Assembly (NCBI GenBank): GCA_963820525.1
Contig: CAWGAA010000002.1
Coordinates: 96,001 to 160,000 of the forward strand
Direction: 5' to 3'
Origin: an uncultured Spirochaetota bacterium
Lineage (GTDB): Bacteria; Spirochaetota; Spirochaetia; SZUA-6; Fen-1364
Length of the DNA stretch: 64,000 nt
Part shown: positions 28,925 through 38,348 of the stretch, in pieces
How positions within the stretch are numbered: the first letter of the stretch is position 1
Layout of the letters: each line of letters opens with the position of its first letter
Notes under the pieces: model-generated
The model's database searches: none
Seen by the model: only the letters and a program-made list of their open reading frames with translations
What the model was told of the DNA's origin: nothing
Made by a program: the position numbers and the translations under genes

Positions 28925-30607
28925 ATGGCGGCGATCACGAACCTCTCCCTTACGGAGCTGAAGAGGTGCCTCGAAGCAGGAGAGCTCTCCTGCCGCGAGG
29001 TCTGGCGCGCATTCCACCACGCATACCTCGAGGACCGCTCCAGCCCTCAGCCGCTCAACGGGTACATAGAGTTTTTCCAGGACGGCGAGGAGCGGGCAGG
29101 ACAGGCCGACAAGGCTCGGGCAAGCGGAAGCCATGGCACCCTGGAAGGGCTGCCCTTCGCCGTGAAGGACAACATTCTCGTCGCGGGCAGGGAAGCAAGC
29201 TGCGGTTCCGCGATCCTGCGGGGATTTCGCGCGCCGTACACGGCCACGGTCGTCGGGCGCCTCCTCGACCAGGGGGCGATCCCGCTGGGCCGGACCAACA
29301 TGGACGAGTTCGCCATGGGCTCGTCCACGGAATACTCGATCTATGGCCCCGCCCGAAACCCCGTGGACCGCGACAAGACCCCGGGAGGCAGCTCGGGCGG
29401 CTCGGCGGCGGTGGTCGCCGGCGGGCAGGCGCCATGCGCCCTGGGCTCGGACACGGGAGGCTCGGTGCGCCTTCCCGCCTCCTTCTGCGGAGTCTATGGC
29501 CTGAAACCATCCTACGGAACCCTCTCCCGCTACGGCCTGGTGGCATTCGGATCGTCCCTCGATCAGATCGGAATCCTGGCGCGGACTCCCGACGATATCG
29601 CCCTCATCCTTTCGGTGGCCGCCGGCCGCGACCCGGCGGACGAGACCTCGCGGGACGTGGATTTTTCCCGGATGTTCCCGCTGGCGAAGACCGCCCTGGC
29701 GGGAAGGAGAATCGCCGTACCGGTGGAGCTCACGGGCAAGGCGATCGACGGAGAGGTGAGTCATGTTCTCGACGGCTTCGCGGGCTGGCTGTCGGACAAC
29801 GGCGCCGAGGTAAAGCGCGTCTCGGTTCCCTGCCTCTCGGCGAGCGTGGCCATCTACTACATCATCGCCGCGGCGGAGGCGTCATCGAACCTCGCCCGCT
29901 TCGACGGCGTCCGCTACGGCCTTCGCTCCGGGGGAAGCGGCACCCTCGAGGACATGTACGTGAGCACGCGCTCCGAGGGCTTCGGGCCCGAGGTGAAAAG
30001 ACGGATCTTCCTGGGAACCTATGTCCTTTCCTCCGGATATGCTGACAAGTACTACAGGAAGGCGATGGCGGTGAGAGACATTCTGCAGAAGGAGCTCGAT
30101 ACGCTCCTGGAGAGCTCTAATTTCATCCTCTCGCCCACTGCGCCCACCCCGGCGTTCTCCATCGGCGAGAAGATCGATGATCCCCTCGCGATGTATCTGG
30201 GCGATATCTGCACGATCTACCCGAACCTCGCCCTTCTTCCCTCGATCTCGATTCCGGCGGGCGCGACGTCAGCCGGGCTTCCCGTCGGAGTGCAGCTCAC
30301 CTCCAAACGCTTCTCCGAGGAGATGCTCCTTCGGGTTGCCAGGCTCTGGCACGGCCGGGACTCGTCGCCCGGGGCCGCTCGCGCGGGAAAGCGTCCGCAG
30401 GGAAAGCGCCCGACGCAAAAACCGCCCGCTTCGAAAGCCTCCGCGCCTCGAAAGGCTGGCGCGGCCCGCCCGACCACGCCCCGAAAAGCCGGTCAGCCGC
30501 CCGCGCCCCGAAAGTCCGGCAAGGGCCAACCGCCCGCGCCCCGAAAAGCGGGTCCGGGCCCGGCCTCGAAGCGCAAGAAGCCCGGCTCTCGGGAGGCGGG
30601 GCCATGA
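28925..30607 (+). CDS. gatA: Asp/Glu-tRNA amidotransferase subunit A with basic C-terminal extension
   Basis: AVKDNI, TNMDEFAMGSS, GGSSGGS, GSDTGGSVR, SSNLARFDG. Confidence 0.95.
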   Translation: MAAITNLSLTELKRCLEAGELSCREVWRAFHHAYLEDRSSPQPLNGYIEFFQDGEERAGQADKARASGSHGTLEGLPFAVKDNILVAGREASCGSAILRGFRAPYTATVVGRLLDQGAIPLGRTNMDEFAMGSSTEYSIYGPARNPVDRDKTPGGSSGGSAAVVAGGQAPCALGSDTGGSVRLPASFCGVYGLKPSYGTLSRYGLVAFGSSLDQIGILARTPDDIALILSVAAGRDPADETSRDVDFSRMFPLAKTALAGRRIAVPVELTGKAIDGEVSHVLDGFAGWLSDNGAEVKRVSVPCLSASVAIYYIIAAAEASSNLARFDGVRYGLRSGGSGTLEDMYVSTRSEGFGPEVKRRIFLGTYVLSSGYADKYYRKAMAVRDILQKELDTLLESSNFILSPTAPTPAFSIGEKIDDPLAMYLGDICTIYPNLALLPSISIPAGATSAGLPVGVQLTSKRFSEEMLLRVARLWHGRDSSPGAARAGKRPQGKRPTQKPPASKASAPRKAGAARPTTPRKAGQPPAPRKSGKGQPPAPRKAGPGPASKRKKPGSREAGP

Positions 30608-32097
30608 GAAGCGAGATGATCATCGGGCTGGAGGTTCACGTCCAGCTCAACACGGCGAGCAAGGCCTTCTGCCGGTGCGAGAACAGATTCGGAGGCATGC
30701 CCAACAGCAGGGTCTGCCCCGTCTGCCTGGGTCTTCCCGGAGCGCTCCCCACGACGAACATCGCGATGGTGGAAAGCGCAATCCTGGCGGGGCTCGCCCT
30801 GCACTGCACCATCGCCCGGGAGACGAAGTTCGACAGGAAGAACTACCTGTACCCCGACCTGCCCAAGGGGTATCAGATATCCCAGTACGACATGCCGATC
30901 TGCACGGGGGGCTACCTCGACATCGTGACCCCCGGCGGAGGGAAACGGACCGTCAACATCAGGCGCCTGCACATGGAAGAGGATGCGGGCAAGAACATCC
31001 ATCTGGAAGGCGGCTCGGGGATGAGCTACGTGGATTTCAACCGCTGCGGCACTCCCCTTCTGGAGATCGTCTCCGAGCCCGATATGCGCTCGGCGGAAGA
31101 GGCGGTGGCATATGCCCAGGGAATCCGGGAGATCGTGCGGTACCTGGGGATCTCTGACGGGAACATGGAGGAGGGGTCCCTGCGCTGCGATGCCAATGTC
31201 AACCTGCGCGTGGCGGAAGGAGCCGAGCAGCTCATCACCCCGATCGTCGAGGTGAAGAACATGAACTCCTTCAAGGCCATGAAAACGGCCCTGGGTTACG
31301 AGGCCGAGAGGCAGCTGGCGGAGGCCAGGGAATCGAGCCCCGCCCGCGGCTCCGGGGCACCGACTTCATCCCGAGCGGGCAAATCGACGCGCGGGTTCGA
31401 CGAGAGAACGGGCACCACGATCCTTTTGCGGGCAAAGGAGGAAGCCTCCGATTACCGGTATTTCCCCGATCCCGATCTGCTTCCCATCCGCATTCCCGAT
31501 GCCCTCGTGAAGGAGCTTGCGGGCAGGGTGGGGGAGCTTCCCGCCCCGAGGCGGGAACGCTTCACGGCGGACTACCACCTGACGGCGGAAGAAGCTGAGG
31601 CGCTGTGCGCCTCTCGAAGCCTCTCCGAGTATTTCGAGGAGGCGGCCCGCGGCTCCGCCGAGCCCCGCCGTGCGGCGAGCTGGATCCTCACGGAGGTCTG
31701 CGCCGTGCTCAATGAGCGCGGGATCGGCATCGAGGAGCTCGGCGTTCCGGCGGCCCATGTGCGCGAGCTGCTCGACCTGGTGGACTCGCGGGCGATAAGC
31801 GGGAAGCTCGCCAAGGAGGTATTCGCCCAAATGCTCTCCACCGGCCGCCCTCCCGGCAGGATCGTATCCGATGACGCTCTCTCACAGATCACGGACGCCG
31901 AGGAGCTGGGCCGGATTGCGGATCGGGTAATGGCGGACAACCCCGGCCCCGTGGAGGATTACAGGAAGGGAAAGGCGCAGGCGCTGAAGTTCCTCATGGG
32001 CCAGGTGATGAAGGAGACGCGCGGGAGGGCGGACCCGAAAGCCGTGAGCGACATCCTGGCCGCCAGGCTGGCGGGGGAACCGGGGGAAAGGTCATGA
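30604..32097 (+). CDS. gatB: Asp/Glu-tRNA amidotransferase subunit B
   Basis: IGLEVHVQL, YPDLPKGYQISQ, HMEEDAGK, DYRYFPDPDL, GQVMKETRGRADP. Confidence 0.96.
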   Translation: MRSEMIIGLEVHVQLNTASKAFCRCENRFGGMPNSRVCPVCLGLPGALPTTNIAMVESAILAGLALHCTIARETKFDRKNYLYPDLPKGYQISQYDMPICTGGYLDIVTPGGGKRTVNIRRLHMEEDAGKNIHLEGGSGMSYVDFNRCGTPLLEIVSEPDMRSAEEAVAYAQGIREIVRYLGISDGNMEEGSLRCDANVNLRVAEGAEQLITPIVEVKNMNSFKAMKTALGYEAERQLAEARESSPARGSGAPTSSRAGKSTRGFDERTGTTILLRAKEEASDYRYFPDPDLLPIRIPDALVKELAGRVGELPAPRRERFTADYHLTAEEAEALCASRSLSEYFEEAARGSAEPRRAASWILTEVCAVLNERGIGIEELGVPAAHVRELLDLVDSRAISGKLAKEVFAQMLSTGRPPGRIVSDDALSQITDAEELGRIADRVMADNPGPVEDYRKGKAQALKFLMGQVMKETRGRADPKAVSDILAARLAGEPGERS

Positions 32098-32867
32098 TCG
32101 ACGTGCAGAACGGGCCCGATTTTCGAAACGTGCCCATCCAGAAGGTGGGAATCAGGGGCATCCGCTATCCCATCACGGTTCGCGACAAGAGCAGGGAGAG
32201 GCAGGACACGGTAGCCACGGTGAGCCTCTCCGTGAACCTGCCCCATCACTACCGCGGCACCCACATGAGCAGGTTCGTGGAGGTTCTGGACAGGTTCAAG
32301 AACGAGGTGAGCTATCAGGCTCTGGACCACATCCTGATCGAGATCAAGCGCGCGCTTTCCGCCGAGGAGTCGCACCTGGAGCTTGCGTTCCCCTACTTCC
32401 TGAGAAAGCGGGCTCCCGTCTCCGGGATGGAGTCCATCATGTCGTACGACTGCGTCATGACCGCGGAATATACCAACCATCTGGCTCTCGCCACCCGGGT
32501 GGAGGTGCCCATCCATACCCTCTGCCCCTGCTCCCGGGAGCTGGCAAAGGTGTCCGCGCACAACCAGCGCGGCATCATCGCCGTCACCGTGGGGATGACC
32601 AAGTTCATCTGGATCGAGGACCTGATCGAGATAGCGGAGAGCGCCGCTTCCAGCCCCGTCTATTCCCTGTTGAAGAGAGAGGACGAAAAGTTCGTGACCG
32701 AGCACGCCTATGACAACCCGCGGTTCGTGGAAGACATCGTGCGCGAGGTATCGCTGCGTCTCGAGCAGCTTCCCGGGCTGCGCTTCTACTCGGTGGAGGC
32801 GGAGAACATGGAGTCGATCCACAACCACAGCGCGTACGCGGTCATAGAGAAGCGATATGGGGGGTGA
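32094..32867 (+). CDS. folE2: GTP cyclohydrolase IB
   Basis: DVQ, GTHMSRF, LCPCS, AHNQR, LLKREDE, FVEDIVR, ESIHNHSA. Confidence 0.93.
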   Translation: MIDVQNGPDFRNVPIQKVGIRGIRYPITVRDKSRERQDTVATVSLSVNLPHHYRGTHMSRFVEVLDRFKNEVSYQALDHILIEIKRALSAEESHLELAFPYFLRKRAPVSGMESIMSYDCVMTAEYTNHLALATRVEVPIHTLCPCSRELAKVSAHNQRGIIAVTVGMTKFIWIEDLIEIAESAASSPVYSLLKREDEKFVTEHAYDNPRFVEDIVREVSLRLEQLPGLRFYSVEAENMESIHNHSAYAVIEKRYGG

Positions 32868-33678
32868 CGCCCGGCTCATCGACCTCGTTCCCTCCATCAG
32901 GAGGGCCAGGGGCTTTCGGCTCTACGACGGCGCGGGAGGAAGATACCTCGACCTGTACCAGGATGGCGGCGCCGCCATCCTCGGCCATAGGAGCCCGGGA
33001 AGCGTTCGCGAGATGAAGGAGGCGCTCTCGCGCGGCCTGGTTGGAGGGCTGCCCTCGCACCATGAAAAACGGCTCCAGAAGGCTCTCCTGCGGCTCTTTC
33101 CCGGCTACCGATGCGTAAGGACCTACTCCAGCCCTGAAAAGGCCCTGGAGGCGGTCTCCGCGTTCCTGGGAGTTCGCGTGGATGAGGGGGATGTCTTCGA
33201 TCCCGCCTTCGGTTCCCTGCCTGCCTCCCGCCGCGTCTCATTCTGGCGGCCGTTTCTTCCGGCCGTCGGGCCGGTCGAGCCGGAAGTTCTCATCCCCATC
33301 CTGCCCCTGACCGGCAGAGGGAGCTTCACGGCCGCGTGCTTCCGATCGGCTGAAGGAAAGTCCGTTCCGGCCTCGGATCCGGTGCCGCCCTACCTGCTTG
33401 CCGGCTCGCTTCGGGGGCTTGCGGATCTCGCCGTCGCACGGCGCTCTGACGATGCAGCCCGCGGCGCGCTGGAGGGGGCGCGCGGCTGGAAGCTGAATGG
33501 CCCCTACATCGCGCCGGCTTTTCCCGCTTCCGCCTATCCCGCCGTCTTCCGCGCATTCCTCGATGCGGGAGTCCTTTTATCCCCGTTCTTTCCCGGTCCC
33601 AGCATCCTTCCCGCAGAAGCCTCACCCGGGGAAATATGCTTGCTAGAAAAGCTGTTCCATGCTCAACTTGAGCAATAA
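32857..33678 (+). CDS. Degenerate class III aminotransferase-like protein
   Basis: RRARGFRLYD..RYLDL..GAAILGH N-terminus; short, with no recognisable PLP-Lys motif. Confidence 0.65.
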   Translation: MGGDARLIDLVPSIRRARGFRLYDGAGGRYLDLYQDGGAAILGHRSPGSVREMKEALSRGLVGGLPSHHEKRLQKALLRLFPGYRCVRTYSSPEKALEAVSAFLGVRVDEGDVFDPAFGSLPASRRVSFWRPFLPAVGPVEPEVLIPILPLTGRGSFTAACFRSAEGKSVPASDPVPPYLLAGSLRGLADLAVARRSDDAARGALEGARGWKLNGPYIAPAFPASAYPAVFRAFLDAGVLLSPFFPGPSILPAEASPGEICLLEKLFHAQLEQ

Positions 33679-33682
33679 AAGG

Positions 33683-33982
33683 ATGGACGCGCAATCCTTC
33701 ACCGTGGACATTTCCCATCTCCTCTTCGGAGCGTTCGCCACTTTCTGCGCAATTCTGTTGTGGTCGCGGACGCGGGACATGGGCTGGACCTTCGTCATCG
33801 TGGGAACGCTCGTCTCCTACGCGGGGATCGTGTTTATCACCCTCCTCCAGTTCGGCATCCTTGAAGAGGAGTACTTCTCATGGCGGGGAGTCCCCGTGGT
33901 GAGGCTCGCCCTCACGAATCTTCCGCTTCTCTTCAGCGCCATCGGGTTTCTCATCGTCATCGCGCGGAAGCGGACCCCCTAG
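33683..33982 (+). CDS. Small 3-TM membrane protein
   Basis: Three hydrophobic helices; last gene before terminator. Confidence 0.7.
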   Translation: MDAQSFTVDISHLLFGAFATFCAILLWSRTRDMGWTFVIVGTLVSYAGIVFITLLQFGILEEEYFSWRGVPVVRLALTNLPLLFSAIGFLIVIARKRTP

Positions 33983-33985
33983 GAC

Positions 33986-34015
33986 AAAAAAAAGCCCGGC
34001 ATGCCGGGCTTTCTT
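33986..34015. terminator. Bidirectional intrinsic terminator
   Basis: AAAAAAAAGCCCGGC-AT-GCCGGGCTTTCTT between convergent genes. Confidence 0.85.
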
Positions 34016-34039
34016 ATCTGAAAAGCGATTTTTGAAAGC

Positions 34040-34225
34040 CTATTCCACGATGATGGCTTCCGCCGGGCAGTCGCTGACGGAATCCCGCACTGCGTTCTCG
34101 AACTCCGCGGCCACGTTGGGAGTGATGACCTCGGCCACGTCCTTTCCCATCTTGAAGACCTGGGGGACGCTGTCAGTGCACAAGCCACAGGCGGTGCAAA
34201 GATCGGGGTCTATTCGAACCGTCAT
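34040..34225 (-). CDS. Monocluster ferredoxin
   Basis: CTACGLC...DCPAEAI; AAGGAG RBS. Confidence 0.9.
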   Translation of the reverse strand: MTVRIDPDLCTACGLCTDSVPQVFKMGKDVAEVITPNVAAEFENAVRDSVSDCPAEAIIVE

Positions 34226-34486
34226 GGACATCTCCTTCCGAAGGGATTCTCCCCGAGGCAAGGCTGCGGGGGCAGACTGATAATAGTGAAAACAGGGTCG
34301 AGTTGCAAGGCCCGCGGGCGGCGAAACGCGCGCGGCCGCTCGAAACGCCGCGTCAGGCGCCTTCTCGGCCTTGGGCGCGGTGCCCACAAGGCGCGCTGCG
34401 CGCCGCAGCATCGTCCTGCGCCTTGACAGCGCGAGCACATTCGCTATATTGTCCCTGAGAAACGACTTTGAAAATGGAGGCTGTCC

Positions 34487-34747
34487 ATGATCGCGCTCAC
34501 CATCGGGATCTTTCTCGTGCTGTTCGCCATATACTCGGTTCTTCCCGTTTCCTGGGGTCTGCAGTGGTGGCCAGAGGTCATCCAGTTCCTGAAGGGCGGA
34601 GTGCCCATCCTCGCCGTTTTCATCGGTCTCATCGCCTTTTTCGTCGGAATAGCGGATATTAAGGACAAGATCGAGGCCAAGAAGGAAGAAGAGGAAGAAA
34701 AGCAGGAGGAGGAAAAGGAGAAGGCGAAGGGCACGGGAGCTACTTGA
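34487..34747 (+). CDS. Small 2-TM protein with charged tail
   Basis: GGAGG RBS; TTGACA..TATATT upstream. Confidence 0.75.
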   Translation: MIALTIGIFLVLFAIYSVLPVSWGLQWWPEVIQFLKGGVPILAVFIGLIAFFVGIADIKDKIEAKKEEEEEKQEEEKEKAKGTGAT

Positions 34748-34794
34748 CATTAGCATCCTGATATGCGATTTTACCCTCTCTTGAGAAACCAGCG

Positions 34795-35226
34795 ATGAAG
34801 ACGATTTTCGTAAAACCTCAGGATATCGAACGGAAATGGTACCTGATCGACGCGGAAGGGAAGGTCCTCGGCAGGCTCGCTTCCCGCGTGGTCGGCATTC
34901 TCCGGGGAAAGAACAGGCCCGAGTACTCCCCCCACTGGGACATGGGAGACTCGGTCATCATTGTGAACGCGGGCAAGGTGAAGCTCACAGGGCGCAAGGC
35001 TTCCACCAAGCTGTACTACCGGCATTCCGGCTACCCCGGAGGCTTCCGCGCGGAGCCTTACGAGAAGGTGGCGGCACGAAAACCGGCATACCCGTTGGAG
35101 AAGGCGATTCGCGGCATGCTTCCCAAGGGCGCCTTGGGCAGGAAGATATTCAAGCACCTGAAGGTGTACGCGGGGGCCGGGCATCCCCACACCGCTCAGC
35201 AGCCGGTCAAGATCGACATTTCATGA
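34795..35226 (+). CDS. rplM: 50S ribosomal protein L13
   Basis: WYLIDAEGKVLGRLAS, YYRHSGYPGG, GMLPK. Confidence 0.98.
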   Translation: MKTIFVKPQDIERKWYLIDAEGKVLGRLASRVVGILRGKNRPEYSPHWDMGDSVIIVNAGKVKLTGRKASTKLYYRHSGYPGGFRAEPYEKVAARKPAYPLEKAIRGMLPKGALGRKIFKHLKVYAGAGHPHTAQQPVKIDIS

Positions 35227-35233
35227 GAACGAG

Positions 35234-35635
35234 GTGAAGAACTTGGTCAAGAATCTTGCGATGGCGACGGGCAAGCGGAAGACCTCGGTCGCCAGGGTAT
35301 TTCTCCGCGAAGGCTCCGGCATCATCACGATAAACGGACGCGCTTTCGACGAGTACTTCAAGGGTCTGGACAGGGCCGCCACCGTGCGCGCCCCCCTCGA
35401 GGTGACGGGCTCTCTGGACAAGTTCGACGTTCTCATCAACGTGGACGGCGGCGGAGTCAGCGGCCAGATCGACGCGTGCCGCCACGGCCTCGCGCGCGCC
35501 CTGAACGCCTTCGATCCGTCCAACCACACGGCCTTGAGAGCCAACGGCTTCCTGACGCGCGACTCGCGGATGGTGGAGAGGAAGAAATACGGACAGGCCG
35601 GTGCCAGGAGAAGGTTCCAGTTCTCCAAGCGCTGA
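35234..35635 (+). CDS. rpsI: 30S ribosomal protein S9
   Basis: TGKRKTSVARV, GGGVSGQ, LTRDSRMVERKKYG, QFSKR. Confidence 0.98.
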   Translation: MKNLVKNLAMATGKRKTSVARVFLREGSGIITINGRAFDEYFKGLDRAATVRAPLEVTGSLDKFDVLINVDGGGVSGQIDACRHGLARALNAFDPSNHTALRANGFLTRDSRMVERKKYGQAGARRRFQFSKR

Positions 35636-35642
35636 TCCTCCG

Positions 35643-36281
35643 ATGGGCTCACCCCCGTCGGAGACCCTTCGAGTCGTTTCGCTCGAGCTCAAAGGAGCCG
35701 GCGGAGAGACGGTGCGCGTGCACCTCTCCGACGGCTCCTCTTTTATGGTCCACGGCGAGATAGCCGAGCGCGAGGCCATCCGCGCGGACCGCGAGCTTAC
35801 GGCGGATGAGATCGCCTCCCTTAAGACGCGCTCCGAGATCGTCTTCGCCCGGCAGGGCGCCCTGAACCTCCTCTCCCGCTCACCCCAGACGCGCAAGGGC
35901 CTTTTTCAGAAGCTGCGGCTCCGCGGATTTTCCGAAGACGCGGTGCGCCTCGCCGTCTCGCGCATGATCGAGCTCGGCTACATCGACGATCGCTCCTATG
36001 CCGAGTCGTGGGTGAGCGCGCGCCTCGATTCCCGCACGGAGGGATGGAAGGCCCTCAGCAAGGGCCTCGTTCAACGCGGCGTTCCCCGCGCGGTGGCAGA
36101 CGAGGTGGTCTCTCGGCTGTGCACGGATGAGGTCGAACTGGAAAAGGCGCGCCGCCTTGTCAGCGGGCTTCCTCCGCGGAAGGCCGCCGCGCGGCTCACG
36201 GCGAGGGGTTTCCGCTCTCGGACGATCGGCCGAGCTCTTCGAGAGCATCGCGGCCCAGATCCAGAAGATGATGAGGCGTGA
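35643..36281 (+). CDS. recX: Regulatory protein RecX
   Basis: ALNLLSR..LFQKLRLRGFS..GYIDDRSYAESWV..LVQRGV..LTARGF. Confidence 0.85.
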   Translation: MGSPPSETLRVVSLELKGAGGETVRVHLSDGSSFMVHGEIAEREAIRADRELTADEIASLKTRSEIVFARQGALNLLSRSPQTRKGLFQKLRLRGFSEDAVRLAVSRMIELGYIDDRSYAESWVSARLDSRTEGWKALSKGLVQRGVPRAVADEVVSRLCTDEVELEKARRLVSGLPPRKAAARLTARGFRSRTIGRALREHRGPDPEDDEA

Positions 36282-36915
36282 AGGCGAACCGCTGCTCCAA
36301 TATGAAACGCGCCAGATCGAAAACCTTGAGAGCGGCGTCCAGGATGATCGAGTCGGAGGAGGCCACGATCCCCGGGTAGCTTTTCAGCGGGAAGTCCGCC
36401 GTATGCGCGAGGCTCACCTCGTAAGCGAGGCCGTCGACGCCGGCAAGGTTGCCGCGCACCTCCTCGGCCATGACGGCCGAGAAAGCGATTGGAGAGTCAA
36501 GGAATACGTCGACGCGGCGAGGCTCCAGGACGCGCAAAGACTGAACGATTTCGGCCATCGCTTTTTCGGTTGCCGCGCTCTTTCGGAAGCTCCCGTGAAC
36601 GGCTGACGAGTCGCGCATGATTCCATCGTCGGCAATGAAGAGCAGCGCGCCGTGGAGGTAGCTCTCCACAGTGATAAGCACGTTGTACCAGTCGATGCCG
36701 AGGGACCCGCCTTCAAGCTCGCGCGGCGGCACGAGCTTCTGCCGCCTCTCCTCCGCCGCATCCGCCACGATGACGCCGCGGAAAAGACAGTTGCGGCCCA
36801 TGCGCGTCAACATGTAGCGGTCTCCGACGAGCTTCAGAGCCGCTTTATCCGGGTACCCTTTTTCCTTGAGGTATTTGTAATCGAGATAGGCTTTCTCAAA
36901 AGAATACGTTGACAT
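36196..36915 (-). CDS. DUF434 domain protein (PIN-like fold inferred)
   Basis: KGYPDKAALKLVGDRYML, IDWYNVLITVES, DGIMRD, FLDSPIAFS, VASSDSIILD. Confidence 0.75.
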   Translation of the reverse strand: MSTYSFEKAYLDYKYLKEKGYPDKAALKLVGDRYMLTRMGRNCLFRGVIVADAAEERRQKLVPPRELEGGSLGIDWYNVLITVESYLHGALLFIADDGIMRDSSAVHGSFRKSAATEKAMAEIVQSLRVLEPRRVDVFLDSPIAFSAVMAEEVRGNLAGVDGLAYEVSLAHTADFPLKSYPGIVASSDSIILDAALKVFDLARFILEQRFAFTPHHLLDLGRDALEELGRSSESGNPSP

Positions 36916-36989
36916 TATGGATATAATGGTTATACTGAATAGTATTGAGAAACACAATTGCTTTTCTGCACGGAGAAAGGATATCAGGA

Positions 36990-37610
36990 ATGGGGAAAAA
37001 AGAAAAGAAAATTAGAATTTTCTCCGCGCTTGAGGTTGCCGATATCTGCGGTGTCGTCAACCAGACGGCGATCAATTGGATTAAGAACGGATTCCTCAAG
37101 GCCTTCACCACTCCGGGGGGACAGTACCGGGTTTACGCGGAAGATCTGCTGGAGTTTCTCACGGCGCGGGGGATGCGCGTTCCGCGGGACCTGGAGGAGC
37201 GCCCAGGCGAAGATCCGGAGTGGGACAAAATCCTCATTGTCGATGACGACGAGAACATCAACAACCTCCTCAAGCGCTTTCTTTCCAAGAGGATGGCAGA
37301 ATACACCGTGCTGCAGGCATTCGACGGATACGAAGCGGGGCGCATGCTGGCCGAATGGAGGCCCGGCGTGATCCTGCTCGACATCAATCTGCCCGGCCTT
37401 GACGGGCACAAGCTCTGCCAGAAGATCAAGCAGGATCCCGCCCTCGGCAATCCCGCCATCATCGCGATCACGGGCTTGACCGAGGACGGACTGGAGCAAA
37501 CCATCCGCAGGGAAGGGGCCGACGCCTTCCTCGCGAAGCCCATCGATTTCGAGAAGCTTCGAACGCAGATCCTCGATCTCGCCGCCGGGCGTCGAAGCGG
37601 AGGAGAATAA
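36990..37610 (+). CDS. Response regulator with N-terminal excisionase-type HTH
   Basis: EVADICGV..NWIKNG..TTPGGQYRV; ILIVDDD, LLDINLP, AKP. Confidence 0.88.
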   Translation: MGKKEKKIRIFSALEVADICGVVNQTAINWIKNGFLKAFTTPGGQYRVYAEDLLEFLTARGMRVPRDLEERPGEDPEWDKILIVDDDENINNLLKRFLSKRMAEYTVLQAFDGYEAGRMLAEWRPGVILLDINLPGLDGHKLCQKIKQDPALGNPAIIAITGLTEDGLEQTIRREGADAFLAKPIDFEKLRTQILDLAAGRRSGGE

Positions 37611-37612
37611 GA

Positions 37613-37966
37613 ATGAGCGGGAAGCTTACGATCCTCATCGTCGAGGACGAGGATTCAATCAGGCTCACCCTGCGCGATTATCTGAAAAAGAAGAACCATG
37701 AAGTGATCGTGGCCTCCGACGGAGTGGGAGCGATCAAGCAGATCCTCGATCATCCCGTGGATCTCATCGTGACGGACTACCGCATGGACATCCTCGGCGG
37801 GGATTACTGGATCCGCTTCCTCTCGGAGTTCTGCAAGGACAAGAAAGTGATCATCACGAGCGGGTTCCTCCAGCCCGAGTTTCCCATCCCGTTTCCTGTG
37901 GTGCACAAGCCCTACGACTATTCCGAGCTGGAAGCGATGATCTCCAAGACCCTCGCGGGGGGATAA
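37613..37966 (+). CDS. Single-domain response regulator
   Basis: ILIVEDE, IVTDYRM, ITSG, HKP. Confidence 0.88.
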   Translation: MSGKLTILIVEDEDSIRLTLRDYLKKKNHEVIVASDGVGAIKQILDHPVDLIVTDYRMDILGGDYWIRFLSEFCKDKKVIITSGFLQPEFPIPFPVVHKPYDYSELEAMISKTLAGG

Positions 37967-37970
37967 AACG

Positions 37971-38258
37971 ATGGCTCCCCCCCAGAAGAAGGGCTTTCAT
38001 GCCTTCGTCCACGGCCGGGTCCAGGGAGTCGGATTCCGCTATTCTGCAATCCATGAGGCGCGCCGGCTCCATCTGGAGGGAATAGTGAGAAACTGCGAGG
38101 ATGGAAGCGTCGAGGTCGTCGCCGAGGGAGACCCCCAGCGCCTCGATCAGATGCTCTCCTGGCTTCGGACGGGGCCCCCGGGCGCGTACGTTCGAAACGT
38201 CGATGTCCAGCCCCTGCCGTACTCGGGGCGCTACTCCGGCTTCGACGTTGAGTTTTAG
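37971..38258 (+). CDS. acyP: Acylphosphatase
   Basis: GRVQGVGFRY, VRNCEDGSVEV, GPP. Confidence 0.93.
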   Translation: MAPPQKKGFHAFVHGRVQGVGFRYSAIHEARRLHLEGIVRNCEDGSVEVVAEGDPQRLDQMLSWLRTGPPGAYVRNVDVQPLPYSGRYSGFDVEF

Positions 38259-38348
38259 AGTGAAATTCAATGCGTCGGCAAGCTCCCGCTTGCCGTTTGC
38301 CGGTCAGTTTGGTAATACTTAGAGTATCTTTCTCGCAAGGGGTCCCGA

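Noticed and set aside
34226..34756. Long N-terminal extension on the ferredoxin
   Set aside because: Overlaps a divergent gene and its promoter; the RBS supports a start at 34225.
38259..38348. glmS ribozyme upstream of glmS
   Set aside because: Only ~90 bp with a simple hairpin (CGGCAAGC/GCTTGCCG); the ribozyme core is not seen.
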